Origin: Octopus bimaculoides
Taxonomy: Eukaryota
Direction: 5' to 3'
NCBI RefSeq assembly: GCF_001194135.2
Contig: NC_068986.1
Location: 78,082,007-78,145,472 of the forward strand
DNA: 63,466 nt
The translations under genes and the position numbers were made by a program. Position 1 is the stretch's first letter. The number at the start of each line of letters is the position of its first letter. Below the pieces are notes generated by a model, which saw only the letters and a list, made by a program, of their open reading frames with translations, did no database searches and was not told where the DNA came from. Shown piece after piece: positions 25,501 to 39,960 of this stretch.

Positions 25501-26359
25501 GTTGTTTACCCTTCAATACCACAATCACAACTTTAGTTTCAGTTGCATTAATTTTACATTTTTTTGTTTGTTTTTGTTTCCTCTTATTCTCTTACTCTTC
25601 TTCATTAACCCTTTGCCATTGCAAATAAGATTATGCTTAAACCTTTCTAAATGCCTTTTATAGATTTCTCTCTCTATCCTCCACCCATTCCCATAATTAT
25701 CATTATTAAATGAATTACACTTTTCTATTGAGCGTTGCCAAATTATCAAGTTTCTTTTCTCTTTTATCATTTCCATTTTGGCTACCTTCTCATCCATCTC
25801 TTTTTGTAATATAACCCTCGCAGACACTTAAACACTTTATCTTATACCATAATCTCAAGAAGTAATGGACTATTTCCTCCACTGAAGCATGCACATTTGA
25901 AAAATGTTAAAATAAATGATTCTAAATGATGACATTTCCCCCTCCTATACATTGTGAAATAATAATGATTTCTTTTTAATTAACACAATGAAATAATACT
26001 GATTGTGTTTTAATTAACACTGTGAAATAATCACGATTTTTGTGCAGTTAAGAAGTTTAGTTTACTATTATGTAGGTTCTGTATTTGTTCTCACCATTTG
26101 GCAACTTGGGCACATACCTTCAATTGTAGTCTCATGAGATATACATCTGTCTATCTGTCTAAGTATGCTTGTGTGTGTGTATGTGTGTATTTAATTTGGC
26201 ATAAACCATAGCTTTGAGTTGGGTCTCCTTTAATCAAAAGGTAACTTAATTAACTGTTATCTTCTTCATTTGATAAAAATTTGAAAAACTCAACTGATTT
26301 CCATAAATAAATGAATTTCAAATTAAAATTCAATAATGCATTTGATGAAATCTATATAG

Positions 26360-27060
26360 TGAACTGGCAGAATCGTTAGCATACTGGGCAAGATGCTTAA
26401 CAGTATTTCACCTGTCTTTATATTTTGAGTTCAAATTCTGCCAAGGTTGTCTTTGCCTTTTGTTTTTTCAGGGTCGATAAAATAAGTACCAGTTGAACAC
26501 TGAGGTTGATGTAATTGATTCATCCTCACCTCTCCCAAGCTGCCTTTGTGGCAAAAATTTGAAATAATAATAATAATAATTGTTATTATTATTATTTTCA
26601 AAGTGGCAATTTGGCAGAATAGTCAGTTAATTGGAGAAAATGGTTTGAGACTTTTCCTCCAGTTTTATGTTATGAGTTCAAATTCCATCAAGGTTGACTT
26701 TGCTTTTATTCTTTCAGGGTCGATAAAATAAGTACCAGTTGAACACTGGGGTTGATGTAATTGACTCGTCCTCACCTCTCCCAAGCTGCCTCGTGGCAAA
26801 AATTTGAAATAATAATAATAATTATTATTTTTATTATTATTTTCAAGGTGGCAATTTGGCAGAATTGTCAGTGCATTGGGGAAAATGGTTTGTGACTTTT
26901 CCTCCAGTTTTATGTTGTGAGTTCAAATTTTGCCAAGGTTGACTTTGCCTCTCATCCTTTCAGAGTCAATAAAATAAGTACCAGCTGAGCACCAGAGTCA
27001 ATGTAATCAACTAACCCTTTTCCCCAAAATTACTGGCCTTGTACCCAAATTTGAAATATC
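26360..27060 (+). mobile_element. Three tandem family B SINEs, including a tandem duplication of about 245 bp
   Basis: About 26470-26715 is near-identical to about 26715-26960, including the (AAT)n(TTA)n spacer. Confidence 0.85.
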
Positions 27061-27714
27061 ATTATTGTTATATCTTTTGGTTTTGCATTAATTTATACAA
27101 GTTACATCCAACTTTCAACCGAAATGTCAAGGGACAACAAGGGCTTTGCATATAAAGATGCTAACAAGTGAGATGCTAAGCAATTGTAAACCCTGATGTT
27201 TGTGGTAGAAAAAAAATAAAAACACAGAGTAAGTTGCATTCATATGGAGAAGAATTTACATAAAATATGTGAAGTACCCATAGATAGTTTTTGACTGCCA
27301 AGGATTTGGTCTAGACACTTGGTTGTTCCTCTTGATATCATTCTAAGTGCCCAAACAATAAGTAATGTTTGAAGATGCCGCTATCATTATTATTACTATT
27401 ATTGTGGCAAGCTTGCAGAATTGTTAGTGCACTGGATGAAACACTTAGCAGTATTTTGCTCATCACTATGTTCTGAGTTCAAATTCTACTAAGGTTGACT
27501 TTGTCTTTCATCTTTTCAGGATCGATAATAATTATGGCTTCAAATTTTTCCACAAGGGCAGCAACATTTGGAGAGGGGATGAGTCAATTACATCAACCCC
27601 AGTATTCAACTGGTACTTATTATTCACTCAGGTGTTTGTATTGATTTAATCAACTAAACCTCTCCTAAGAAATTTATTGTTTAGCACCTATGTTAGAAAT
27701 TGCTGCTGCTGCTG

Positions 27715-27796
<82 letters not shown>

Positions 27797-29239
27797 AGCA
27801 TAAATATGAAATAAACATGGAATAGAATGAAAACAGAAAAGGCCAATCACAATGTTGATAGAATAAGTACCAGGCTGAACTAAGTACTGAGGTTTGATGT
27901 GATCAATTAGGATACTTAAAGACAGTACTTCACCATGGTTATAGTTCAATGTTAGACACAAGTAAATTAGGAAAATATAAAAATTCAAAAGCAAGCCTGA
28001 CATAATGATAAATGAGAACCATGAGGTATTGTATTAAATACAGTACTTCGCAGTATTTAGTACACTACTGGGAAGATTAAAGTCAAAGTTACTATTCCAG
28101 TCATCACAAGTGTTCTTTCTCAGAAAATATTAATCATTGATATAATATTTTAATTTAGCTATGAGCAAGCATGCTAATATTTACCATGTCATTCATTGAT
28201 TTCAATCAATCTTAATTGATTTTTTTTTTTTAGTAATTATAAGAAAGTAACTAAAATAAATTTTGCACAAACAAATATAACCTATGCAATGATGGATTTT
28301 TTTCATTTGTTTTTATTTTTATTGTTTCAATTTGTATTTTAGATTTTAATTAATTTTGTAAAACTGATTTTATGACCAATTTTCAATGAAAACATGGATT
28401 TAATATTTCTGAAAATTTACACAGTATCAGGAAATTAGAAAGCTTTTTCTTTCTTTAGGTGAAAAACAAAAAAAAAAAGCCAAAAAAAAAACCCCAACAA
28501 AAAAACAAACAAACTTTTGGAAACTGTAAGCTATAGCTATTCTATTTAGCTATTTTTTAGGTTGTAAGATGGTCCTCAGGATAAAATTAAATGCCTATAA
28601 ACTAAAGATAGGATATTGACCTTGAAATACTAATCCAACAAATATTGACTCCATGTTTTGACACAAGGCCAGCAGTTTTAGAAGATGATGTAAGTTGATT
28701 AGATCGACCCTAGTGCTGGAATGGTACTTATTTTATCAACCCAAAAAGGACAATTGTCAAAGTCAACCCTGGCAGGATTGAAACACAGAATATAAAGATG
28801 GGTAAAATTCTGTTAAGCATTTTGTTTAGTGTGCTAATGATTCTGCCTGACCTTTTAAAGCCAATGAATATTAAGAAACTCTAGAGACAGCTGAACAGCT
28901 GAAGGTTTTACATGCAAGTGTTTGGGCCCTTAACTCCTTACATTCCAAAAGGGCTGGGTTACATTCAGGTTATGGCTCTTGGATGCCCCTTGGCTGCCAC
29001 ATTGTGGCAACTGGCTGCATTACAAGTGTTAAAGTTTGAAAAAATCTCTAAGCACACAAGTACAAAGCTTCTCAGAAATAGTATACTAATGTACTGATAT
29101 ATGTTCATACATACATACATACACACACACACGCACACCCACCCACACCCACAAACACCTACCCCCCACATATATATGTATATATAAATATAAATGTATG
29201 TATGTGTGTGCACGTGTGTGTGTGAGTGTGTGTGCATGC

Positions 29240-29270
<31 letters not shown>

Positions 29271-30369
29271 CATACACATATATAAACATACTAATGAAAT
29301 GACTTCCACATTACCTTCAACTAAATTAATTTAATAACTACAATTAATATATAATTATTATATAGTTGACAATGTTTTTGTGAGTCATGGAAATAATTGG
29401 AGAAAATATGAAATTTTAAAATATCAATGAGATTATTTTTTTCTGTTCTTCTTAATATATATGTATATATGTGAGTGTGTAAATGTATGTATATGTGAGT
29501 ATATATCATCATCATCATCATCATCGTTTAACGTCCGCCTTCCATGCTAGCATGGGTTGGATGATTTGACTGAGGACTGGTTAAACCGGATGGCAACACC
29601 AGGCTCCAATCTAATTTGGCAGAGTTTCTACAGCTGGATGCCCTTCCTAATGCCAACCACTCAGAGAGTGTAGTGGGTGCTTTTACATGTCACCCGCACG
29701 AAAACTGCCACGCTCGAAATGGTGTCTTTTATGTGCCACCCGCACAAGAGCCAGTCCAGGGGCACTGGCAACGATCTCACTCGAAAACCCTACAAAGGCC
29801 AGTCAGGCGATATATATATGTCTGTATGTATTGTCGTCGTCGTTTAACGTCCGCTTTCCATGCTAGCATGGGTTGGACNNNNNNNNNNNNNNNNNNNNNN
29901 NNNNNNNNNNNNNNNNNNNNNNNNNNNNNNNNNNNNNNNNNNNNNNNNNNNNNNNNNNNNNNNNNNNNNNNNNNNNNNNNNNNNNNNNNNNNNNNNNNNN
30001 NNNNNNNNNNNNNNNNNNNNNNNNNNNNNNNNNNNNNNNNNNNNNNNNNNNNNNNNNNNNNNNNNNNNNNNNNNNNNNNNNNNNNNNNNNNNNNNNNNNN
30101 NNNNNNNNNNNNNNNNNNNNNNNNNNATATATATATATATATACACATACATATGTTAAATGCTGCTATCATGATATGGGATGGAATAGTCAGAGTGTGT
30201 GTTAGGAAAATTAAGTTGAGACTAACTATAAACAAATCAACAACGTTTGTCTCAGCATATACCCTACAGGTAAGACTGTCAGAAGATCAGAAGATCAGAA
30301 GATCAGAAGGATCGCTTCTGTGAGATCTTTCAGCAGATTACCTCAAGAACGACTGGCAATGCTTCATTT

Positions 30370-31390
<1,021 letters not shown>

Positions 31391-32269
31391 TTCATAGGTA
31401 GTTCAATCAGTCAGTTAACTGAGAATACTAAAGTAAAGGATCACATATGAACATAACACAAGCAATCTCAAAATTTGATGCGTGATCATGTTGAGAACAT
31501 GTAGTATAGCTGACATTGTATTGAGTAGTGTAATGGTCATTATACTAAGATATCAACCATGAATGTGGAAACTCTGATTAATAAAGAACCAAAGTAGATA
31601 TTTTCAGAAAACTAATTCAGCTCTTTACTATTTTGCCAACTTATAATTGCAAAAGTTAAAAAAAAAAGAAAATTAATGAAGATCATTCATGAGTGTTTGT
31701 TTTGTTTCCATCATTTTGATTGCTTGCTTGTTGGCACTTTAAGAAAGTGAAAAATAAGTAAATATGAAAAAAAGTAAAAATTCAATATTCTATACATGCT
31801 TATGAACAACTGTGTGAAAGTGAAAGTCATCAATTTCTTTCCTTTTTTTTTTTAAATTAAAGAAACATGATTTCATCAAGTAATTTGACATTAACTGAGT
31901 ATAAGATAATTAGTAAACTATCCCACTTGGGAACTAGCAAAATTAGATTCAGTTGAAGCCTGAAGGTAAAACCTCACCAGTATTGTCTGCTGTTGTCAAC
32001 TGGTGAATTGGAGATGAATTGCCATAAAAACATCCAACTGAGTTAGTAATTTGTGCTTTAAGTTGACACTAAATCGTCAATACATTTGGGGGTTCTAACT
32101 ACAGATTAGTCATTTGAACTTTCAGCATCATTTGACAACATGGATCTGTAGTCACAACTAAACTAATTGCTATTAGACCAATCAGCAGAGTAGCAGTAAA
32201 TACTTGTGTATCAGTGGTTTAAAAGTTAATGTACTGCTCTTATCCACCTCAAGATCCAGTTTTTGTTGT

Positions 32270-32745
32270 GTTGTGGTGGATTGTGTGCCACAATGACCCT
32301 GTCAGCTTTGCCAGCAGAGCATGAGGTCCTGGTAGAACTTCCCATGCTGGACAAATCAAAGGATAGAGGCCAGACTAATATTGACCACCTCTTCCCAGAA
32401 GTAAAAATGGGTTTGCATTGGGCTAAGACCCTATATAGAAAAAGCAGCTACAGAAGGGTTGATGACAATTCAAAACCTACAAGATCTGGGAGAAGAAGGC
32501 CTTCACTCAGCAAAATCTGATAGGAAACCAACATCTTGCATTACACATCAGGCTCTGACCTATAACCCACCAGGGAGGCATGGAGGAGGATGGACTAAAA
32601 ATATTTTGAAGTGGGATACTGAGGCACAGTAAAAAAAGCAGGGATCCAACTGGAGAGATGCAGGAAAGACAGTCCAGAGTTGAGGATAGAAAAGAAAAGT
32701 CATCAATGGCTTATGTCCATTCAGTAACAAAGGCCTTAAGTGAAG
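32270..32745 (+). mobile_element. Internally deleted RTE-like element (5' UTR-like part plus ORF C-terminus)
   Basis: 3' part translates ITHQALTYNPPGR..G.TKN.LKWD.EA...G.NW......VINGLCP, like RTE C-termini; 5' part CAATGACCCT...CCTGGTAG resembles RTE/Rex3 5' UTRs as recalled. Confidence 0.55.
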
Positions 32746-32789
32746 TGACTGTTATTATTGTCTGTGATTTCTGGATAAAATGTCTGCCA

Positions 32790-33065
32790 AAAGTATTGAT
32801 GGACCCTCCCATCGAAGACAATGTCTGAAAGTTCAGCTTTTGCTGAACGACCGGCACAAATGATTTGTTTATTGTGATCAAGTATATATGCTGTACATTA
32901 ACTCACTTCTTCCATCAAATCGATGTTGTCTAAATAGGTGCACAGTGTATCACGTATCAGGTGTCGGAGTGATTGCAGAGCATGTGAGATGAAGTGTTTT
33001 GCTCAAGAACACAACACACCACTTGGTCTAGGAATTGAAGCCACGATCTCGTGATCGTGAGTGCA
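32790..33065 (-). mobile_element. Unclassified SINE-like family D; second copy at about 58290-58570 (+)
   Basis: Shared GTTCTTGAGCAAAACACTTCAT and TGCTCTGCAATCA motifs and a similar 3' part in the two copies. Confidence 0.6.
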
Positions 33066-34072
33066 TGCTATTGTTATTTTTTTAGCTGCAGTTCATCTCA
33101 GACTGAAGAAGGCCTATGGTTAAAAGTGCTCTATTCATGATCATCTTTTCTTTTTCTCCAGTATTGTGTATGTAGGATTATATTGTTCAATGTGTGATTT
33201 GAGAGAGATTAGGCTGCTATTTCAAGCAGGTCAAATGGCCATGTAGATTATAGGTTCTTAATTGAGGGTAAGATAAGAAGTATGGAGACCAAAGGCTGAT
33301 GGATATCAGATTTGATCTCTAATATAATTTTCTTTCCTTATTATCCATATTCAAAATAAAACCAAACTATGAACGTTTTCTGAAGTCATACTATCTCCAA
33401 ATATGACTGCTGATGAGGATGGCTATTATGGCAGCATGGCATATTGGATAACCTTTGTTTAGAATCATAAAAATGTTAAGAAAATCTGATCTTGAGGCCC
33501 TTTGCTTGCTTATGTCTACTTCAGTGCCTTCTGTTGTAGTTCTCTTTACTAGAAACTTAAAAGTACAAATAATTAGTTTCAAACATAAATGACTTTTCTT
33601 CCTCTTTCTCAAATGCTTAATGGAAAAAAAGAATACTGACCAACCTTATTATACTAGGGGGAGTTCAGAGTAGGATGATATACTGACTATAGTTTATAAC
33701 TTTTACATACACACACACCTGAAAATACATTTTGTTGGTAATCCCTTGGGGCTGATGATAACTGGTACATATTTAAGTATCTTGATGTAAAAGTATTTAC
33801 CCTAGCAATTCATATGCATGAATCATTATTTTAAGAACATTAAAAGAAAAAAGTCAAACCTAAACCCATTTCATGAAAAACAAAGAGGGATGTAAAAGTA
33901 CTAAAAATAATTTTATTTTTTTTACCTGGTATTTATCATCATGGTATGACTCATGCCAAAAATATACACCTATTACAGTTGTATAGCAAACTAATTCCAG
34001 AGCATGGAAAACAAATTCTGTCTTTGTTTATTTATCTGATGCCATTTCACAAAGTCATGAAGTGGAATTGAG

Positions 34073-34159
<87 letters not shown>

Positions 34160-34899
34160 TAATAATAATATTGGTTTCATTTATAATAGTATATGTATGT
34201 ATCTAGTGTATCCTGTTGAGTCATTGCTACCCACATGTTGACTGTTAAACACTTTAAATGTGTCTTCTACATGTACTACTATTCAAGTTCACTTTCTCTG
34301 ATTCAAAAGGAACTGATTCTGTTAGAAATGTTACATGATCTACATGCATATGTTTAGCACTTTTAGACTACTCCAAAGCCCATGATAAACAATTCACCCC
34401 ACAAAAGCCATTCTGATATTCTCATATTTGAATTAAATTATTCCAACGTTTTTGTATAAGAATGTTTTATGTTCTAAACACTTGTGTATAATATATTTGT
34501 TTCACATTTTGACATAAGGCTGGCATGTTTTGGAAAAGTGGTAAGTCAACTATATCAACCACAGTGCTCAATTGGTACTTCTTTTATTGATCGCAAATGG
34601 ATGAAAGACAAAATCAATCTTGGTGGAATTTGAACACAGAATGCAAAGGACAGATGAAAGGTTGCTAAGCATTTTGCCCAGCATGCTAACAATTCCACCA
34701 GCTCACCATCCTACATTAACAGATACATGAGCCAATGAGGGAGCCTTTATGTGGCCCTTATCAAGCTGCTAAAAGTAACATCTCAAATCTCCTGCAGATC
34801 ATGATACATTCATTTAAATCTATATTTTTTTAGAGATGTTTACCCCTCACTGACTATTGGGCATTATGCCCTATCAAAGGCATTTCCACAGATTGACAG

Positions 34900-36000
34900 C
34901 TGTTTAGTGTAGTGGTTCACACTTTCTTAGCTAAGAACGCCTGTAGATATCACACTAACAAATCCAAATTACATCTTATTGAAGCTAATACTTCAGTTCC
35001 TATTGACTTGTGCTAATACTCTTTCTATCAAGTCCCTAACTTGATCTCTCAGTCTGATGTCTCTGTAACAGATTCTTTCTAGAATGCCTTCTTTGTCCTT
35101 GTCTCAACTAATGATACTGCAATGCCAGTCATTGTCTATGACATTGCTATGTATAATCTGATTCACTATAGGAACTAGTACATGACCTGCATCAGATAAT
35201 TTCAGCATGTGAATGACTATCCTCAATAACTCCTTTATTTTCTCTACCTTCATACCTTTAATCATGCTTTTGGCCATAAAACTGTGACATTCAATAGTTG
35301 CTACATTTACATGGGATAGTTCTCTCTCTCTACTATGTATTTCATTCAATTAGTAATTTTCCATTCCCCTTCTTGGCATGACTGAAATCAGGTGTACTGC
35401 TCTAATTTCATTTACACTTTACCCCAATAAGTTGCATCAACACACTGCTTTAAAATACGAAATACTTCACACCATTGATATTCTTATTGCTGAACATTGG
35501 CAAACCTCTTACTTTCAGTTTAACTTCATTCTATGTGACCCTGATATCTAGTTTCTTTTCTAGTTACTTGATATTATTCCTGGGTTCTCCTCTTCTAATT
35601 TTTCCTAGTCTATCTCTCTTAGTTTTATAACTTCTATTGTACCATTTCACTATCAAATCAATTTCTGCAGCAGTTTATTTTGTTGAAACTCTCAGTCATT
35701 TGCCTACATTATAAATCTCTATCTCCCACTCTTTTTCATCACGTATGCCAACTATTCTCCCTTTAGTTTATGTCATACTAAGGGAAGTTAGCGAATTTAC
35801 TGGATGGTTCTCTAAACTTTGTGTTGAATATGGGTGGATTATTTGCATCATTGAGCTCTAAGAGCCTTGATCCCTTCTCATATCCATAGCTTCCATGTAC
35901 ATCGAAACTACCATTATGATAATACTCAACCTGCCCATTAAAGTCCCCTACCTTGATAATAAGGCTGTTGTCATTTGTTGTCACAGTTGTTGATAAAAAG
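34900..36000 (-). mobile_element. Decayed RTE LINE, APE to start of RT
   Basis: VGDFNGQV...HGSYGY..GSRLLEL.DAN....NTKFREPSS (35778-35984) and MLKLS.AGHVLV.IVNQIIH..VI.NDW..SII (35104-35349). Confidence 0.8.
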
Positions 36001-38436
36001 GTCTAATTTAAATGGCTCTTTAGACCATCTGTCAGTTTGGATTGATGGTGGAGGGTATATGCAGTTATCACTGCTGTTATTGTGTAGCTTATAATGAGTT
36101 TTAAATTCAATTGCTTTCATATTACCTATCTCAATTACTCTATTCATTTGTCAGTCAATGATATATATACTCCGCCTATTCCAGCATTGTTACCCACCAA
36201 GAAGAATGTGTACCTCTGTACCTTGCATAAGAGGAGTCCAATAAAGTCCGCATAAATATATTTAATGTACACTGCATAGATACTTCTACTTGTGTCTACT
36301 CAAGCATCTCTGCAATCTCAATTATATCTATCACACATCATACTAAAATTGATAGAGGCAGCCCTGAGGTATTGCCCCTGACAAAAAGAGAAGACTTTCC
36401 AGTAATTGTCTGGCTGTTTGATGACAATTTTCTTCATCTGAAGAGGAGAGAGTTTGTACAATTATATGATAACATTTGAGAAGGTCTCACAGATGGTTAG
36501 ATGTTCTCACCTGACCGCTCCACAAATGTGTGTAACAGTAACTTAGCCCTGTATACACAATTAGGAGTTTGCATTATATTTTGTGTGCATATATCTGTAA
36601 GCTCTTTCTTATCGAGACATAACAACCACCTTATTATGAATGTCATTGGAAAACAAGACAAAATAATCTCCTGTTTGATTTCTCTCAGTTAATGATAATT
36701 GTGCACCATTACAACTGTTTCCTTCCACACATTCTTTCCAAGCTATAGAACCACCAAAATATTAGGTGCCACAGTTTTATCTTAATTTGTCTTGTTTACT
36801 TGATAGATTGTTTGAATGTTTGCTCTGGTATCTCCGAAACTAATGAAGCTAGGAATCTCAAAGTTGATTATTTTTAATTCTTTTTTTTTCTAATTTTTAT
36901 CAATGAATATGAAGAGAAATTATTCTTGTGCTTGTTTCTGGAAAATATTGCTATTTTAGAAATTCAATTAAATATTAAATATGTGACCCAGCTCTCTCTG
37001 TTTAATGTTATGTCCTAGGCAAGCTACAGGTAGCTGTAAAATCTAATTAGTTATCCCAAAAAGTGAAATGCAATGGAAATACATTTGTACATATAGTCAT
37101 CTAGCAACACATTAGTTATTTGAAAGTTACAACAATAGTATTTGTACATATTGCATGCAAACATGTCTCAAACATTCATATTTCTCTCTCTAACTAACTG
37201 TCTATCAATGTCTATCTATATATAAGTATTGTTTTTGACACCATAATATGTATTAGGTTGCTTATATAGTACATAATTAGTGTATATAAGTGTGCCTGCC
37301 TATAAAGCAAGCTATTGTGCATATAGATGTGCATGTATGTGAGTATATGTGGGTATAAGAGTATGTTTGTGCAAGAAAATGTAATATTATACACACACAC
37401 ACACACATAGTTGAAAAGGGGTTAGAAGTCCATACAAATAAAAAATTATGGTTAAAAAAGTAAATAAAGTTGGAAAAGGCAGAAAAGTAAATTTTAGAGA
37501 ATGTTTGATATTTTTGTTACAGTCAGTGATTTAATATATATATATACGTATATATCTAAAAATTTATATGAATATAAATGCACATGTATATATGCCTATA
37601 TGTATGTATATATATGTATGTATGTACGTATGTATGTATGTATGTATGTACGTACGTATGTATGTATGTATGTATGTATGTATCTATGTATGTATTTATG
37701 TATGTATGTGTGTATGTATGTGTGTGAGTGCGTGCATGCATGCATGCATGTGTGTGTGTATGTGTGTGTGTGTGTGCGTGTGTGTGCGTGTGTGTGTGTG
37801 TGTGCGTGTGTGTGCGTGTGTGTGTGTGTGCGTGTGTGTATCAAAACTTCTTTTTAAGTGTTGAACTAATGCAACATTTAGCTTCTCCCATGTCGACTTC
37901 TTTTTCTCCTTACTGCTTCACACACNNNNNNNNNNNNNNNNNNNNNNNNNNNNNNNNNNNNNNNNNNNNNNNNNNNNNNNNNNNNNNNNNNNNNNNNNNN
38001 NNNNNNNNNNNNNNNNNNNNNNNNNNNNNNNNNNNNNNNNNNNNNNNNNNNNNNNNNNNNNNNNNNNNNNNNNNNNNNNNNNNNNNNNNNNNNNNNNNNN
38101 NNNNNNNNNNNNNNNNNNNNNNNNNNNNNNNNNNNNNNNNNNNNNNNNNNNNNNNNNNNNNNNNNNNNNNNNNNNNNNNNNNNNNNNNNNNNNNNNNNNN
38201 NNNNNNNNNNNNNNNNNNNNNNNNNNNNNNNNNNNNNNNNNNNNNNNNNNNNNNNNNNNNNNNNNNNNNNNNNNNNNNNNNNNNNNNNNNNNNNNNNNNN
38301 NNNNNNNNNNNNNNNNNNNNNNNNNNNNNNNNNNNNNNNNNNNNNNNNNNNNNNNNNNNNNNNNNNNNNNNNNNNNNNNNNNNNNNNNNNNNNNNNNNNN
38401 NNNNNNNNNNNNNNNNNNNNNNNNNNNNNNNNNNNN

Positions 38437-38479
<43 letters not shown>

Positions 38480-38534
38480 TATACATATATATATACAGAC
38501 ATACATACATACACACACACACACAGACACACAC

Positions 38535-38568
<34 letters not shown>

Positions 38569-38974
38569 ATGTATGTATACACACACATGCATATTGTCAT
38601 TTTTATTACTAAGGCAGTGAGTTGGCTGAATCATTAGCAGACAAGACAAAGGCTTACTGGTATTTTGTCAGTGAATTTGTTCTGAGTTCAAATTCTGCTG
38701 AGGTCAACATTGTTTTCATCCTTTTAGGGTCGATGAAATAAGTACCAGTGGAACACTGGGGTCGATGTACTTGACTTCCTTACTCTCAAAATTTTCAGGC
38801 CGTGTGCCTAAACTCGAAAAGATTATTTTTATTAAGGTGTCAAGCTGGCAGAGTTGTTAGAGCACTAGAAAAAATGCTGAGTGACATTCTGTCAGTCTTT
38901 ACATTCTGAGTTCCAATTCTACCAAAGTTGACTTTACTTCTCATTCTTTTGGAGTTGATGAAGCTGGTATTGAA

Positions 38975-39262
38975 TATATAACACCAGCGTGGATGTACAA
39001 AAATGTGCTAATGTACTGAGAGAAAAATTAAGCATACAAAGATTCAGAAGTAGTTCAAGAGAGAAGATTGCACTTTTTTGGTCATGTGATGCATATGGAT
39101 GAAGACAGCTGCATAAAGAAGAAAAGTCAGTGCTTAAAGTGGATACACTTGTGGAAGTAGGAGACCCAGAAAGATATAAGACAAAGTTGTGAAGGCTGAT
39201 TTCAAGATGTTGATCCTCATGAAGAAGATGACAAATGACCAAGTTGATTGGTGATCCACTGT
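38975..39262 (+). mobile_element. RTE LINE 3' fragment, truncated at a rearrangement junction
   Basis: RRLHFFGHVMHMDEDSCIKK...RPRK..DKVVKAD; homologous to 47990-48325. Confidence 0.8.
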
Positions 39263-39410
39263 GCTGTAAAATCTAATTAGTTATCCCAAAAAGTGAAATG
39301 CAAGAATTTTGTGCATGAATGAGTTAGAGTAGCACCACTGTTCTTCTAACACACATAGATATGAAAAAATGAAATGAAAACATCATACCCAGTACTTGAC
39401 TGATACTTTC
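39263..39410 (+). repeat. Chimeric local duplication (copy of 37033-37073 fused to copy of 41301-41411)
   Basis: 41 of 41 nt identical to 37033-37073, then about 104 of 111 nt identical to 41301-41411, joined over shared GCAA. Confidence 0.9.
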
Positions 39411-39960
39411 ATCATAGCAGAAATGAAGTCCCCAAAACATTCTGTTTATGCTGCACATGCTGAGCCCTGCTTCTGCACTTATTCAGCACCATTGAGCATT
39501 ACCCACATTTCATCCCCTGACGCCCATTCCTTCAGTCTTCTATATAAGGTGCTACACAGTTACTGTAATCACTTAAGAGCAGAATTAATGCATATTACAC
39601 CTGCCCAATCTTTGCATTACCAACCTTCTCCACCCAGAACCACTTCTATCCCTCATTCTTATCATTCCTTTCTGCATTAATTTAATTGAACTCCTCCGTT
39701 CTGTGTTTTCAGTTATCTTTTCATCTCCTACATGTCTTGTGACTGCTCTCAATCTCAACACCCTCTCATATCTGCCATCATGCTCCACTCACTACAGCCA
39801 CTCATATATGCATCTATATGTTCCACTTCACCACTCTTACACCTTTCACATCGCCCCCCCCCACCTACTTTCTGATCTATACTCCATCTTGAGTCACTTT
39901 TCTCTCTCACATTTTACCCCCTCTCCATACTAATGTTTCTCATCAATGGCCCTACCACTA
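39411..39960 (-). mobile_element. Decayed LINE 3' fragment, probably RTE
   Basis: Minus-strand residues such as YERVLRLRAVTRHVG and EGMGV resemble RTE C-termini; many stops. Confidence 0.5.

Noticed and set aside
33391-33612. 73-aa minus-strand ORF as an upstream Cav3 exon
   Set aside because: No similarity to the Cav3 N-terminus or S1-S3 segments.
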